Notes: generated from the letters alone by a model not told the origin. Counted from the first letter of the stretch, positions 12,921 to 26,099 are shown. The stretch: 64,000 nucleotides of DNA from Octopus sinensis (GCF_006345805.1 NC_043026.1:868001-932000); one strand, 5' to 3'. Program-made: numbers and translations.

Positions 12921-13348
12921 AGGCGTAGGAGTGGCTGTGTGGTAAGTAGCTTGCTTATGAACCACATGGTTCCGGGTTCAATCCCACTGCGTGGCACCTT
13001 GGGCTAGTGTCTTCTACTATAGCTTCAGGCCGACCAAAGCCTTGTGAGTGGACTTGGTAGACGGAAACTGAAAGAAGCCCATCGTATATATGTATATATA
13101 TATGTATGTGTGTGTATATGTTTGTGTGTCTGTGTTTGTTTCCCCAACATCGCTTGACAACCGATGCTGGTGTGTTTACGTCCCCGTAACTTAGCGGTTC
13201 GGCAAAAAGAGACCGGTAGAATAAGTCCTGGGTTTACAAAGAATAAGTCCTGGGGTCGATTTGCTCGACTAAAGGCGGTGCTCCAGCATGGCCACAGTCA
13301 AATGACTGAAACAAGTAAAAGAGTAGAGAGAGAGAGAGTAAAAGAGAG
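12921..13348 (+). mobile_element. SINE family A, full length
   Basis: Same head, body and tail as 11598-12010. Confidence 0.85.
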
Positions 13349-13359
13349 TATATTCTCTG

Positions 13360-13625
13360 AAGTCAAAACGCTGATGTAGACCAAGCAACAACCCATCAGT
13401 GGCTGAGGAATTCAAGATTGAAAGCAAAGACGAAAGGCTTCATGTCGTGGCACAAGACCCTAGCTTGCTTACCAGATATTACCAGGATAATTTTCTCCAA
13501 ATCTGTACTGACCCTAAATGGAGATTCTGTGACATGTATAATGAAACAGTAGAACAAACAAATCCAAACAACTCCAAAAATTGCCATGAGATGATAGGAC
13601 AATATTTACATTAGAAAATCAGCAG
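13360..13625 (+). mobile_element. R4/Dong-clade (RLE) retrotransposon fragment, zinc-knuckle region
   Basis: DVDQATTHQWLRNSRLK..VVAQDPSLLTRYYQ...DPKWRFCDMYNETVE...IGQYLH resembles the R4-clade AQDQ.L.TR...CR.C...ET..H pattern. Confidence 0.7.
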
Positions 13626-14194
13626 ACCCTGCTTACTGGTATTTCATTTCATTTCATTTTATTTGAGTTTGAGTCCATGCTCAGGCCAAGTCGAAGACTC
13701 CACCCTCAGAGTCTGGTGTGGTTGCCAGGTTGTATTCTCTGTTTAATTTTAAAATAAATGCGCCCTTAAATGCTCATGGGCCCGGTTTCCCGGTTTCTAT
13801 GGCGTATGTGCTCCCCAACTGGATGGGACGCCAGTCCATCGCAGCGTTACTCATTTTTGCCAGCTGAGTAGACTGGAGCAACGTGAAATGAAGTGTTTTG
13901 CTCAAGCACACAACGCATCGCCCGGTCCAGGAATCGAAACCACAATCTTACGATCATGATGCTGACATACTAAACACTAAGCCACGCCATTTCCCTTCAG
14001 CAAGCTTTCAGTTATATTTCAACATGTCTTAACTTTTACTTTCCCAAGGGGTTGCTGGGTGTGTTCCGGCAAGCGATTGTATCGAACATGTATAACATTA
14101 TTATTATTCAGGTCACTGCCTGGAATCGAACTCAGAATCTTGGGGTTTGTAGCCCGCGCTCTTAACCACTACCCAGGCTCAAAATTTCCCCAAG

Positions 14195-14236
14195 ACACCT
14201 GAAGAAGGCGAGGGTATACCAGCCAAAACATTGTAT
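14195..14236 (+). ncRNA. Degenerate minimal hammerhead in a Penelope-like fragment (element ~14180-14752, interrupted by a SINE)
   Basis: ACAC CTGAAGA A GGC...GCC AAAA CA TT GTAT, with CpG-type decay. The element resumes after the SINE (TATAATTCCTCATCTC), matching 57040. Confidence 0.5.
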
Positions 14237-14295
14237 TAACAACAAACAAGGTCACAACAAATACCTGTCAAATGTAAATAATGTAAATAATGCAC

Positions 14296-14720
14296 GTAAG
14301 AGTGGCTGTGTGGTAAGTAGCTTGCTTACAAACCACATGGTTCCGGGTTCAGTTCCACTGCATGGCACCTTGAGCAAGTGTCTTCTACTATAGCCTCGGG
14401 CCGACCAAAGCCTTGTGAGAGGATTTGGTAGATGGAAACTGAAAGAAGCCCGTCGTGTATATGTATATATGTATATATATATATGTATGTTCTTTGTCCC
14501 CCCAACATCACTTGACAACCGATGCTGGTGTGTTTGTCCCCCTAGCATTGCTTGACAACCGATGCTGGTGTGTTTATGTCCCCGTTACTTAGCGGTTTGG
14601 CAAAAGGAGCCGATGGAATAAGTACTAGGCTTACAAAGAATAAGTCCTGGGGTCGATTTGCTCGATTAAAGGCGGTGCTCCAGCATGGCCACAGTCAAAT
14701 GACTGAAACAAGTAAAAGAG
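14296..14720 (+). mobile_element. SINE family A inserted into a Penelope-like fragment
   Basis: Family head and tail present; internal ~36-bp duplication. Confidence 0.85.
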
Positions 14721-14974
14721 TATAATTCCTCATCTCTTAAATAAAGAACTGTATTCTCTGCTCCAAGTTTGGATGAGCAAGCATCATGTCAATAGTGTTG
14801 AGGTATAATATTTTTCAGCCAGATTTTCGCCCATATTGCAAGTCTCATTAGTTCTTCCTCCCAACTTTTTCGGATTCTAGATTCTAGACATTGAGACAAA
14901 GAAAATAATATACAAAGAAATCTCAAAAATGGCCAGGCTGGAGCTTACGACACCCTGTTACAAAATGCCTCATA

Positions 14975-15282
14975 TTTTGTTTGTTCCTCCTCGAGCCATG
15001 CCTGGCTCATAAGGGCCGGTTTCCCGGTTTCTTGGCGTATAGGTTCCCCGCCTGGACGGGACACCGGTTCGTCGCAGGTGAGCTGCAAGATGCAGGAGGA
15101 AAGAGTGAGAGAAAGTCGTGGCGAAAGAGTCAGCAGAAGTTTCACCATTATCTTCAGCAGGAGCCGCGTGGAGCTTAGGTGTTTCGCTCATAAACACACA
15201 CATCGTCCAGTCTGAGATTCGAACCCTCGATTCCTCGACCGCGAGTCCGCTGCTCTAACCACTAGGCCATGTTGCCTCCACT
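14975..15282 (-). mobile_element. tRNA-derived SINE (family D)
   Basis: Minus head GTGGAGGCAACATGGCCTAGTGGTTAGAGCAGCGGACTCGCGGTCGAGG...GGTTCGAATC. Flanked by the direct repeat AAATGCCTCATATT (TSD). Confidence 0.85.
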
Positions 15283-16224
15283 AAATGCCTCATATTCTTA
15301 CATAATTCATACCTTATGTTGTTACGAGCCACATAACACCAACACCTCACACAATTTGCAAAGATGTAGTCTACCCAATTATATTAAAAAAGTGCCTTCA
15401 TAAAACACACTCCGTCCAATCACAACCCGACACCTAAACATCATAACACCAATCACTCAACACGTACGAAAAGATGGTTAAAAAAAAACACTGCTCAAAC
15501 AAAATAACAGAAGTCACATGGCACAAAGTCAAAACATAAACGGACAAAACACAAAAACAAGATTGGAAGCAGCAAACCAAATCCCTCACCGACAACAGTA
15601 CAAAACTTATGTAATGCAAGTGGAGTCAGGTTCAATCCCTCTGCATGGCACCTTGGGCAGGCAAGTCACTTCTACCTACAGCCCTTCACCAATCTATGCC
15701 ATGTCAGGGAATTTTCTAGGTGGAAACTGTGTGAAGCCCATCATATTTTTTTTTTCTTTGTTTCTGAGCAGAATTTGAACTCAGAACATAATGTTGGACA
15801 AAATGCTTAACAGATGGTTGCAGTAGTTGTTTGTGGTGGTGGTGGTGGTGGTGGGTGGTGGGTGGTAGTAGTGGCGGTGGTGGGTGGTGGTAGTGGCGGT
15901 GGTGGTGATAGATGAAGATGGTGAATGTTAGCAGTAGCAGAAATGATAATGGTGGTAGTAGTAGTAGTAGTAGTTGTAGTAGTGGTGGTGGTGGGGGTAG
16001 TAGTAGCAGTAGCAGTAGTAGTAGTAGTAGTAGTGGTGGTGGTGGGTAGTAGTAGTGGGGGTAGTAGTAGTAGTAGTAGCAACAGCAGCAATGGTGGTAG
16101 AAGAGGCAGCAGTTATAAAGGCTGGTTATGAATGGTGGTGGGGTGACTAAAGACTAATTGGTAGATGATTAACAAAGAATTCAGTGGGAAATTAAAAACT
16201 CATAAATATTTAAGACGTTGTGGT

Positions 16225-16350
16225 GTTATGGTTGTGAGCGAGAAGAAACAGAAGACATGAAAGACAAAGGAAAAGAAGCAGGGAGTTTATGCCAAGAGTG
16301 TGGATGTCTGGAGAGGAAAGAGGAACGAATACTGAATGCATAGGTGTCTG
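16225..16350 (-). mobile_element. Old CR1/L2-like LINE 3' fragment
   Basis: SSFLSRHPHSWHKLPASFP resembles the SFF.R...WN.LP terminal motif. Confidence 0.4.
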
Positions 16351-16977
16351 AAGAAAAAAAGGGGAGAAGCGTATAGGGTGTATTGTTTTGGGTGGGTTGT
16401 GGGGCTGCTGTTATCATTTGAAAGACTAGGTCAGTTGTCTTCACTGCCAAATTTAGAAGGTTGCAGTATTCAGGCTTGAAACTGGGAAATTTGGCTTTCT
16501 TTTCTTTGGAAAATTAATTACTAAGAGAAAGATGACAGCTCACTGGCACTCTTTACTCTTTCCTTCATTGAAGAATGTGCAGGAAGGAAGGTCTGACCTT
16601 GTTAGCCTCCCACTCTGTTTCAGGAAAGATCAGGGTGGGGGTTATTTTTCTATTATTTTATCATTTATCTTTCACCGGTTTCAGTCATTGGACTGCAGCC
16701 ATGCTAGGGGGCATGACTCCGAGGAGTTTAATTGAACAAATCAACCAACCACAGAACTTATTGTTTGCTTTTCTTGTTTTTTTAAATGTCTGGTCCCTAT
16801 TCTATTGGACTCTTTTGCTGAACTGCTAAGTTAGAGGGATATAAATAAACTAATACCTGTTGTCATAGTGGGAGGGGAGAGACAAACACACACAAACATA
16901 CACATATACACTCACATACATATACACACAAACATACACATATACACATACTCACTCACATACATACACATACATAC

Positions 16978-17008
<31 letters not shown>

Positions 17009-17036
17009 CATACATACATACATGTATACACATAAA

Positions 17037-17293
17037 TATTTATAATAATATAAAATACAGCTATAATGAAGGGCACAGAGATTTCTATGCCTATATGCTG
17101 AAGATAGATGCTAAGTCCATCTAACCACTTCAAAATATCACTTTATAATTTACATGTATTATAATATATAATTATAATTATGATTATAAAGTGATATTTT
17201 GAAGTGGTTAGATGGACTTAGCATCTATCTTCAGCAAATAGGCATAGAAATTTGTGTCCTTAATTATAACTGTATTTTATATTATTATGAATA
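17037..17293. repeat. Long inverted repeat, ~110-bp arms, AT-rich spacer
   Basis: TGCTGAAGATAGATGCTAAGTCCATCTAACCACTTCAAAATATCACTTTATAAT pairs perfectly with its reverse complement at about 17184-17237; outer arms have a few mismatches. Confidence 0.92.
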
Positions 17294-17446
17294 TATATAT
17301 ATATTTATAATAATAATATAGTAATAATAATAATATATATATAATATATATATAAAGGGACAGTTTACGAAAAAAACCAAAGACGAAGACAGGTGGTGTA
17401 CAAAACAAACAGATGTATTAGTATAACGCTGAGGAATAGAAAAAAT

Positions 17447-17482
17447 CTTTTACGTTTCGAGCCTACGCTCTTCTACAGAAAG
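17447..17482 (-). ncRNA. Minimal hammerhead variant in a Penelope-like fragment (17355-17545)
   Basis: CTTT CTGTAGA A GAGC GTAG GCTC GAAA CG TA AAAG. Stems I and II are perfect; core has A6U. Confidence 0.6.
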
Positions 17483-17936
17483 GGACACAGAAAAAACAAG
17501 GAGAGAAAAAAATGTGTGTAGTGGCTAATGATCTATCATGGCAACTCATATATATATATAAACAATTGCAATGTGGAAGGTGTTTATAAACCATTTAAGA
17601 CACACAAAATATCTGTTAGATTCACTTTAACATTTAAATTTAATTTGCCAAAATATTTTCGTCGCTTTGAGACCGTGACCTGTTCACTGACAAAATTCCG
17701 TGTTGCATTGATGTTGACTGAGTCAAGTACATCAACATCAATATAAAAACCAAACAGAAATTGCAGTTGTGATTCCGCCAGCCCACCACCTTGATAATCC
17801 TTTCTACTAGAGGCACAATGCCTGAAGTTTGGGGGAGGTGGGTAATTGGTTACATCAACTCGTATTTCACTGGTACTTAATTTATCGATGCTGGAAAGAT
17901 GAAAAGCAAAGTCGACCTCAGTAGAATTTGAACTCA

Positions 17937-18241
17937 GCACGTAAAAAGCACCATCCGACCATGGCCGTTGCCAGCTTTGTCTGGTCCCCGTACTGGTGGC
18001 ACGTAAAAAGCACCATCCGATCGTGGCCGTTGCTAGCCTTGTCTGGCACCTGTGCCGGTGGCATGTAAAAAGCACCCACTACACTCTTGGAGTGGTTGGC
18101 ATTAGGAAGGGCATCCAGCTGTAGAAACACTGCCAGATCAGACTGGAGCCTGGTGCAGCCTCCTGACTTCCCAGACCCCAGCTGAACCGTCCAACCCATG
18201 CTAGCATGGAAAACGGACGTTAAATGATGATGATGATGATG
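17937..18241 (+). mobile_element. RTE-tailed SINE nested in a family B SINE
   Basis: Family B sequence breaks at 17937 and resumes after the (GAT)n tail. Confidence 0.75.
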
Positions 18242-18451
18242 AATGCAATGACAGATGACATACTACTAAGCATTTCATCCAGCGTGCTAACGATTCCCCC
18301 AGCTCACTGAACAATGTATCAGGCAGTGACTTGGCAGAAGCATTAACATGCCAGACAAGATACTTAAGGATATTTTGTCTGTCTTTACATTTTGTGTCCA
18401 AATCCCACTGAGGTTAATTTTGCCCTTTTTCCTCTTTCCAGGCTCAATAAA

Positions 18452-18617
18452 CACTGGTGTAGCTAGAGTGCATACCGCCCAGGGTGGCCCTTCAGTTTGC
18501 TGCCGCCGAACACCACAAAAAGCACATATTGTCTTCAGCAAACCCCAAAGTACCACCCTGTTAAAAGTCCCACCTGGGGCAGACCGCTCCTCTCCCCCCC
18601 CCCCAGCTACACTAGTG
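18452..18617. mobile_element. hAT-type MITE
   Basis: TIRs CACTGGTGTAGCT / AGCTACACTAGTG; 8-bp TSD TCAATAAA / TCGATAAA; inserted in a SINE. Confidence 0.75.
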
Positions 18618-19431
18618 TCGATAAAATAGGCACTGGTTGAGCACTGGGTTTGATCATTCCTCGAAGTCCAGCCCTTGACTTCATCATGGTGGGAAGGTTA
18701 AACTAGTGAGTGTCAGAGCTATGCTGTCGGGGACTTTGAGTCCCTGGAAAGGGCCTCCCAAGTGGACAGATCTGACACTGATGGAGCTAGGGCTGCAACC
18801 TGGCTAACTCGAGGGTAATGGTGCATTCCAGGCAGTGTCTGTTCCAGAATGCAGCAGCCTCCTGGAAGCACTGGACTGCATCTGCAGGCATCCTGGAGCA
18901 AAGAAACATAACATGAGGGTGACCTGACACCAGACGTGTATGGTGGCTTACGAATGCAAACAGGAATTGTTTACACAGACTTTGATCATCCTTTGAAGCT
19001 CCTATGAACTCGCAATAGGAACCGGCTTAACTCCTTCCAGGTGAATGCCTTTACAAGACAAGAGGAAGACGGGGTTTGATATAATTCACATACAACCTGC
19101 CACAGCGAATATGCTGGCCTTGTACCAAAATTTTAAATCAATAATAATAATGATATATAAGTTTCAAAATAGGCAGAAAAATGTAAACTAGAAGTGAATT
19201 TTAGGTATTGATGTGAAAAAAAGTGAAACGTCTCTACAACAGGTTTTATATGACTTTTAGTTCGGTAAGAACAAAAAGCGAAAAGACTTGACTGCCTATA
19301 AAACGATGTCAATAACGAAATTTGAAGCTGTTTCAGTTTGTTAGCCCATTAAATAAATGAAAAGTAAATATTACAGATTTTGTGTTTCTAGCTGGCTGAA
19401 ATAACTCTTTGAACATGTTCCTATATACACA

Positions 19432-19464
<33 letters not shown>

Positions 19465-19470
<6 letters not shown>

Positions 19471-19533
19471 GCAGGACCACAATCTGTGGGCTGAAATGCA
19501 TAAAAGAATAATGAATAGGAAGAAAAACACGCA

Positions 19534-19564
<31 letters not shown>

Positions 19565-19900
19565 GCAAGGGGACACACACACACACACACATATGCACGA
19601 GCACACACACACACACACACACACATATGCACGAGCACACACACACACACACATATGCACGAGCGCACACACACACACATACGCAGGGCCACAGTCTGTG
19701 GGTTGAAATGCATAAAAGAATAACAAATATGAAAAAAACACACATACGCACACACACACACACACATGCATACACACATGCACGAGCACACACACACACA
19801 CACGCAGGGCCACAATCTGAAATGCATAAAACAATAATAAATAAGAAAGATACACACACACATGTACACAAACACACACGCACACACACACACATGAAGT
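19465..19900. repeat. Minisatellite with embedded (CA)n, 3 units
   Basis: CGCAGG.CCACA.TCTG...GAAATGCATAAAA recurs at about 19470, 19682 and 19803. Confidence 0.8.
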
Positions 19901-20100
19901 CATTCACAAGATAGGTTCAATACACTCTGGAACTGTCAAAGACATGCTTCCATTTTTCTAAAATTGAATAAAATAGGCAAAAACAGTGATGAATATACAT
20001 ACACTTGTACATGTTGAACAAAATGAATAATAATAATAATATAATAATAATAATGATAATGATAATGATGATGATGATAATGATGATGATGATGATGATA

Positions 20101-20143
<43 letters not shown>

Positions 20144-20158
20144 CGGTGATGATGACGG

Positions 20159-20194
<36 letters not shown>

Positions 20195-20212
20195 CGGTGA
20201 TGATGACGATGA

Positions 20213-20246
<34 letters not shown>

Positions 20247-20364
20247 CTGATGATGATGATGACGGTGATGATGATGATGATGATGACAACGATGATGATG
20301 ATGACGATGATGACGACGACGACGATGATGATGGTGATGATGATGATGACGACGATGATGATGA

Positions 20365-20665
20365 AACTTGGTGAGAACACAAACCACCTCCAGTACTTGA
20401 AAAATGATCACATCTCACTCCTCTGGAACTTCACCGTTCAAACTGACAGAAAGATAGATGAGAATAGGCCAGACATTATATTGAAAGACTTCTGACAAAA
20501 ATCAGGCCTCCTCATTGATATGACTGTCCCAGTGGATATAAACGTATCTGTCAAGACCTACCAAAAACTGAGCAAGTATAAAGATCTTGAAATAGAAATT
20601 GGCAAAATGTGGAACCTGAAGACTAAAACAATACCTGTTGTCATAGGTGCCCCAGGAATGATAGC
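20365..20665 (+). mobile_element. R4/Dong-clade restriction-like endonuclease fragment
   Basis: LLWNFTVQTDRKIDENRPDIILKD*..LLIDMTVP....KTYQKLSKYKDL...IPVVIGAPG carries the RPD..D..K..KY RLE signature. Confidence 0.9.
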
Positions 20666-20815
20666 TATTTTCAGTTTCTGTCAACCAAATCCACTCATAA
20701 GGCTTTGGTTGGCCCAAGGCTATAGTAGAAGACACTTGCCCAAAGTGCCATGCAGTGGGACTGAACCCGGAACCATGTGGTTGGTAAGCAAGTTACTTAC
20801 CACACAGCCACTCCT

Positions 20816-20869
<54 letters not shown>

Positions 20870-21139
20870 AAGTATTTAATTTATTTCTATTCGTATTTTC
20901 TACTGACAAGGAAAAAATCTATTATGAGATTAATTCCGGAATTGATTCAATATAGAAATAATGAACTTTTTAAAAAAAAATCTATCGGCCAGCTTCCCTC
21001 GATTTCAGCTCTTTGTGTTTTTCTGTAGCGAGTAAATAATATGTGGAAATTGACGATTTAAAAGTCTGTTAACAGCATTTTGGCATAGAAATAATTTTCT
21101 TTAGCCCTTATTTATAAGTTATATATCCTTCTTCTTCTT

Positions 21140-21538
21140 CTTCTTCTTACTTGTTTCAGTTATTTGACTGCGGCCATGCTGGAGCACTGCCTTTAGTCGA
21201 GCAACTCGACCTCGGGACTTATTCTTTTGTAAGTCCAGTACTTATTCTATCGGTCTCTTTTGCCGAACCGCTAAGTGACAGGGACATAATCACACCAGCA
21301 TCGTTTGTCAAGCAATGGTGGGGGGACAAACACAGACACACAAACACACACACGCATATATATATACATATGTACGACGGGCTTCTTTCAGTTTCCGTCT
21401 ACCAAATCCACTCGAAAGGCTTTGGTCGGCCTGAGGCTATAGTAGAAGACACTTGCCCAAGGTGCCACACAGTGGGACTGAACCCAGAACCATGTGGTTG
21501 GTAAACAAGCTACTTACCACACAGCCACTCCTGTGCCT

Positions 21539-21540
<2 letters not shown>
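21140..21540 (-). mobile_element. SINE family A
   Basis: Reverse complement of the family A consensus. Confidence 0.85.
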
Positions 21541-21582
<42 letters not shown>

Positions 21583-21787
21583 TGATTGGCTTCATGTAGT
21601 TTCTCTCTACCAAATTCATTCACAAGTCTTTGGTTGTTGGCGTAGGAGGTTAACAGAAGACACTTGCCACATGTGCCATGCAATAGGACTGAACCTGAAT
21701 TCATGTTGATGAAAAGCAGGCTGCCTTACCATGCCACACTCCACACGGCCAGAGCTGCTCCAAACGACTTACGATAAAGTTGAAAAT

Positions 21788-21851
21788 GACGATGACAATG
21801 ATGATGATGATGCTGATGTCCATGACGAAGATGACGATGACGAAGATGATA

Positions 21852-21884
<33 letters not shown>

Positions 21885-21919
21885 GTGATGATGTCCATGA
21901 CGAAGATGATGATGACGAA

Positions 21920-21959
<40 letters not shown>

Positions 21960-22280
21960 GTGATGGTGATGATGTCCATGACGAAGATCATGATGATGAT
22001 GATGATGATGATGATGATAATGGTGATGGTGATGATGATGATGTCCATGTCAAAGATCATGATGATGATGATTGATGATGATGGTGATGGTGATGATGTC
22101 CATGACGAGGATCATGATGATGATGATGATGATGATGGTGATGGTGATGTTGATGATGATGGTGATGATGTCCATGACGAAGATCATGATGATGATGGTG
22201 GTGGTGATGATGATGATGTCCATGACGAAGATCGTGATGGTGATGGTGATGATGATGGTGATGGTGGTGGTGGTGGTAGT
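21788..22280. repeat. (GAT)n-based minisatellite with GATGTCCATGACGAAGAT units
   Basis: The unit recurs about 7 times. Confidence 0.9.
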
Positions 22281-22755
22281 GGCGGCGCTGAAGGAGGTTG
22301 TCATACAAGTTGTAAAGAAAACAATCTCGTCGACGACAATGAGGAAGTTTGATGTTACCGATGATAATGATGATATCATAATCATCACCATGATGACGAC
22401 TATGACGATGACGACGACGACGATGAGTAGAATGGTGGTAGTGGTGGTGGTGGTGGTGGTGGTGGTGGTGATTATGCTTGTAACTGCTCGGGCACCAATC
22501 TATTGATTGACTATCCACCAGCCAATAATAGAAAACTACACAGGTGGGTAGGACTACACACTCACACACACACACTCACACACACACACACACACACAGA
22601 CACACACTAAGACCAAAGACACACAGACAGACATGTCTTCAGCAAGAAGATTTACATATGTTTGTGGCAGAATGCAGTGCTTTCATGGTGTGGGTTGTTG
22701 TTGTTGTTGTTGTTTTGTGGTGGTGGTGGTGGCAACTGATGTTTTTGGGCTTTTG

Positions 22756-22787
<32 letters not shown>

Positions 22788-22945
22788 GGCAATGGTTGCA
22801 GTGATGGTATTGGCGGTGGTGGTGGTTGTGGTGATGGTATTGGTGGTGGTACTGATGTTGCTGTGGTGGTGGTGGTAGAGGTGGAGGTTGAGGTAAGTTA
22901 TGTTTGAGTGCAAGTGAATGTGTGTGAGTTTCTGCACACGTGTGT

Positions 22946-22983
<38 letters not shown>

Positions 22984-23531
22984 ATACATATATATATATA
23001 TATATATATATATCACATATTTACATATATATATATGTGTGTGTGTGCATGTGTGATGATGATGTATGTATATATACATATATATATACACATATATATA
23101 GATATCTACATATTTATATATACTTATATACATACTTACACATATATACACATATGTAGACATGTATATATATATATATATATTATATATATATACACAC
23201 ACACATGCACACATACACATCAAGAATTTTTTCCACAAGTTAATCATATTTTGTCTTCTCCTTCTACAACAACAACAACAACAACAACTACTACTACTAC
23301 TACTGCTACTTCATATCATTCTTCTCTGTCCTGTTTTTTTTTTTGTTTTTTTGTGTCTCATTTTTCTTATATTTGGCCCTTTCTTCCCCTCTTTTCTTTC
23401 CTCCATTTTTCCTCTTCACCCTGTCCGTGTATTATACTTACTTTCTCACTAACTGTCGGTCTCTCTTTCTATCTATCTATCTATCTGCCTGTAGGTCTGT
23501 CTGCCTGTATGTCTGTCTGTCTGTCTATCTA

Positions 23532-23566
<35 letters not shown>

Positions 23567-23678
23567 GTCTGTCTATCTATCTATCTATCTATCTACCTAT
23601 CTACCTACCTATCTATCTATCTACCTATCTATCTATCTACCTACCTACCTACCTATCTACCTATCAATCTACTTATCC

Positions 23679-23723
<45 letters not shown>

Positions 23724-23750
23724 ATCTATCTATAAGTTTCTCTCTCTCTT

Positions 23751-23781
<31 letters not shown>

Positions 23782-23811
23782 TATGTATATATATATATGT
23801 GTATATATATA

Positions 23812-23850
<39 letters not shown>

Positions 23851-24210
23851 ATATATATGTGTGTGTATATATATATATATAGATGTATGTATGTATATAT
23901 ATATATTATATATATATATATATATGTATCCCACTCATGTTGCTGCTTCCCTTCACTCATGCACACACACTTACTCTCAACCAAATATTGCAGCCTCATC
24001 CACTCACGTTGATACACTTTGAGATATTGGCATGGTATCAGAGTATGACTCTAATGGCATTGTTGCACTTATACACATGTATACACGTGAACACATACAT
24101 ATACACACACAACACACACCATACATATATGTGAATATATACAAAGACATATATGCATACATATATATATATATATATACTATATGCATATATATACATA
24201 TATATATATA

Positions 24211-24261
<51 letters not shown>

Positions 24262-24964
24262 GCATATATGTATATATATATATATTATATATATATATAT
24301 TATATACACACATACATATGCATCTATATATATGTATGTATATATAAGTGTGTATATTGTGTGTGTATGCATGAACATGTTTATACATCTACTGTATATG
24401 TTACAGATACATTTAAATACATAAATATATGAATATACTAGCAATGCATCCCGGCGTTGCCAGGGTGTTGTAACCTACAGCCACATTGTATTATTTGTTC
24501 CTTTTTTTTTTATGAGAAGAGGCAGCACATGAAGAGGATGAAGCAAATCACTCTTGTTTATAAACATGTTTGCTGGTCATTTTCTGATGAACAACGCTAC
24601 AGTTTCCATCTGCCTGATATTCATTCACAAGTCTTTATGTTCTGTGTTCAAATTCCGCTGCGGTTGACTTTGCCGTTCATCCTTTCAGGGTCGATAAATT
24701 AAGTACCAGTTACGCACTGGTGCCATTTAATCGACTTAATCCGTTTGTCTGTCCTTGCTTTTCCCCTCTGTGTTTAGCCCCTCGTGGGTAGTAAAGAAAT
24801 ACATATACATATATATATATATATACGAAGCATGGTGACGATGATGATGACGATGACAATGATGATGGTGGTGGTGGAGGTGGTGGTGGTGGTGATGATG
24901 ATGATGATGACGACGACGACGACGACGAAGATGGCAACAACAATGATGATGATGTGAATGAATG

Positions 24965-25382
24965 TAGGAGTGGCTCTTTGGTAAGTAGCCTGCTAACCAA
25001 CCACATGGTTCCGGGTTCAGTCCCACTGCGTGGCATCTTGGGCAAGTGTTTTCTGCTATAGTCTCGGGCCAACCAAAGCCTTGTGAGTGGATTTGGTAGA
25101 CGGAAACTGAAAGAAGCCTGTGGTATATACGTATATATGTGTGTATGTGTGTGTGTGTGTTTGTGTGTCTGTGTTTGTCCCCCTAGCATTGCTTGAGCAA
25201 CCGATGCTGGTGTGTTTACGTCCCCGTTGCTTAGCGGTTCGGCAAGGGAGACCGATAGAATGGGTGCTGGGCTTGCAGGGAGTAGGTCCCGGGGTCGATT
25301 TGCTCGACCAAGAGCGGTGCTCCAGCATGGCCGAAACTGTGGAATGACGGAAACAGGTAGAAGAGTAGAAGAGAGAGAAGAG
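24965..25382 (+). mobile_element. SINE family A with A>G-rich 3' half
   Basis: Family head and tail present; many A>G differences from other copies in the window. Confidence 0.85.
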
Positions 25383-25384
25383 TA

Positions 25385-25619
25385 TGCCGGCATCGGTTGT
25401 TAGTTGTCGGAGCACTGCATCCTTCAAAACTTCCATGCTTCCTGAGATTCGCCAACACTACACCTGATTTTCTCCCCTCCATACACACGCAAGCATGGAT
25501 CTGACTCATACACTGTTCACTTTCCAGACATTTCTACATTACTGCATGTACTTTATATGCACTTTCTGACAAGTTGTGGTGCACCTGAGCACTGTATACA
25601 ATAATTTCATTATTATTAT
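25385..25619 (+). mobile_element. CR1/L2-like LINE 3' end
   Basis: PASVVSCRSTASFKTSMLPEIRQHYT* followed by a 3' UTR and (TTA)n tail. Confidence 0.55.
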
Positions 25620-25889
25620 AACACAAAGAACTAAAAGTGTCAAATATCGCATTCCACTTTAAGCGCACCCGGTCGCAGTTCCAGTGCATCTCGCCGGCGC
25701 AATTACCGTTCCTCCTGCGACAACAATAGAAAAGAGCCAGTAAACAGGTCGCAGATGTGCAACGAAGGTTTCTCTGTCACTGGATACGAGAGCGAGGGTA
25801 ATTATTAAGAAATAAATGAGCAGCGAATAGCACGTAACGGTTTAATGTGCTCCAAAGAATTGAAATGTCTTTGGCCTGCTGTATGAGAT

Positions 25890-26099
25890 TACTCTTTTAC
25901 TCTTTTACTTGTTTCAGTCATTTGACTGCGGCCATGCTGGAGCACCACCTTTAGTCGAGCGAATCGACCCCGGGACTTATTCTTTGTAAGCCTAGTACTT
26001 ATTCTATCGGTCTCTTTTGCCGAACCGCTAAGTGACAGGGACGTAAACACACCTGCATCGGTTGTCAAGCAATGCTAGGGGGACAACACAGACACACAA

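Noticed and set aside
15205-15282. Possible tRNA genes in SINE heads
   Set aside because: Acceptor stems are incomplete and each runs into a SINE body and tail.
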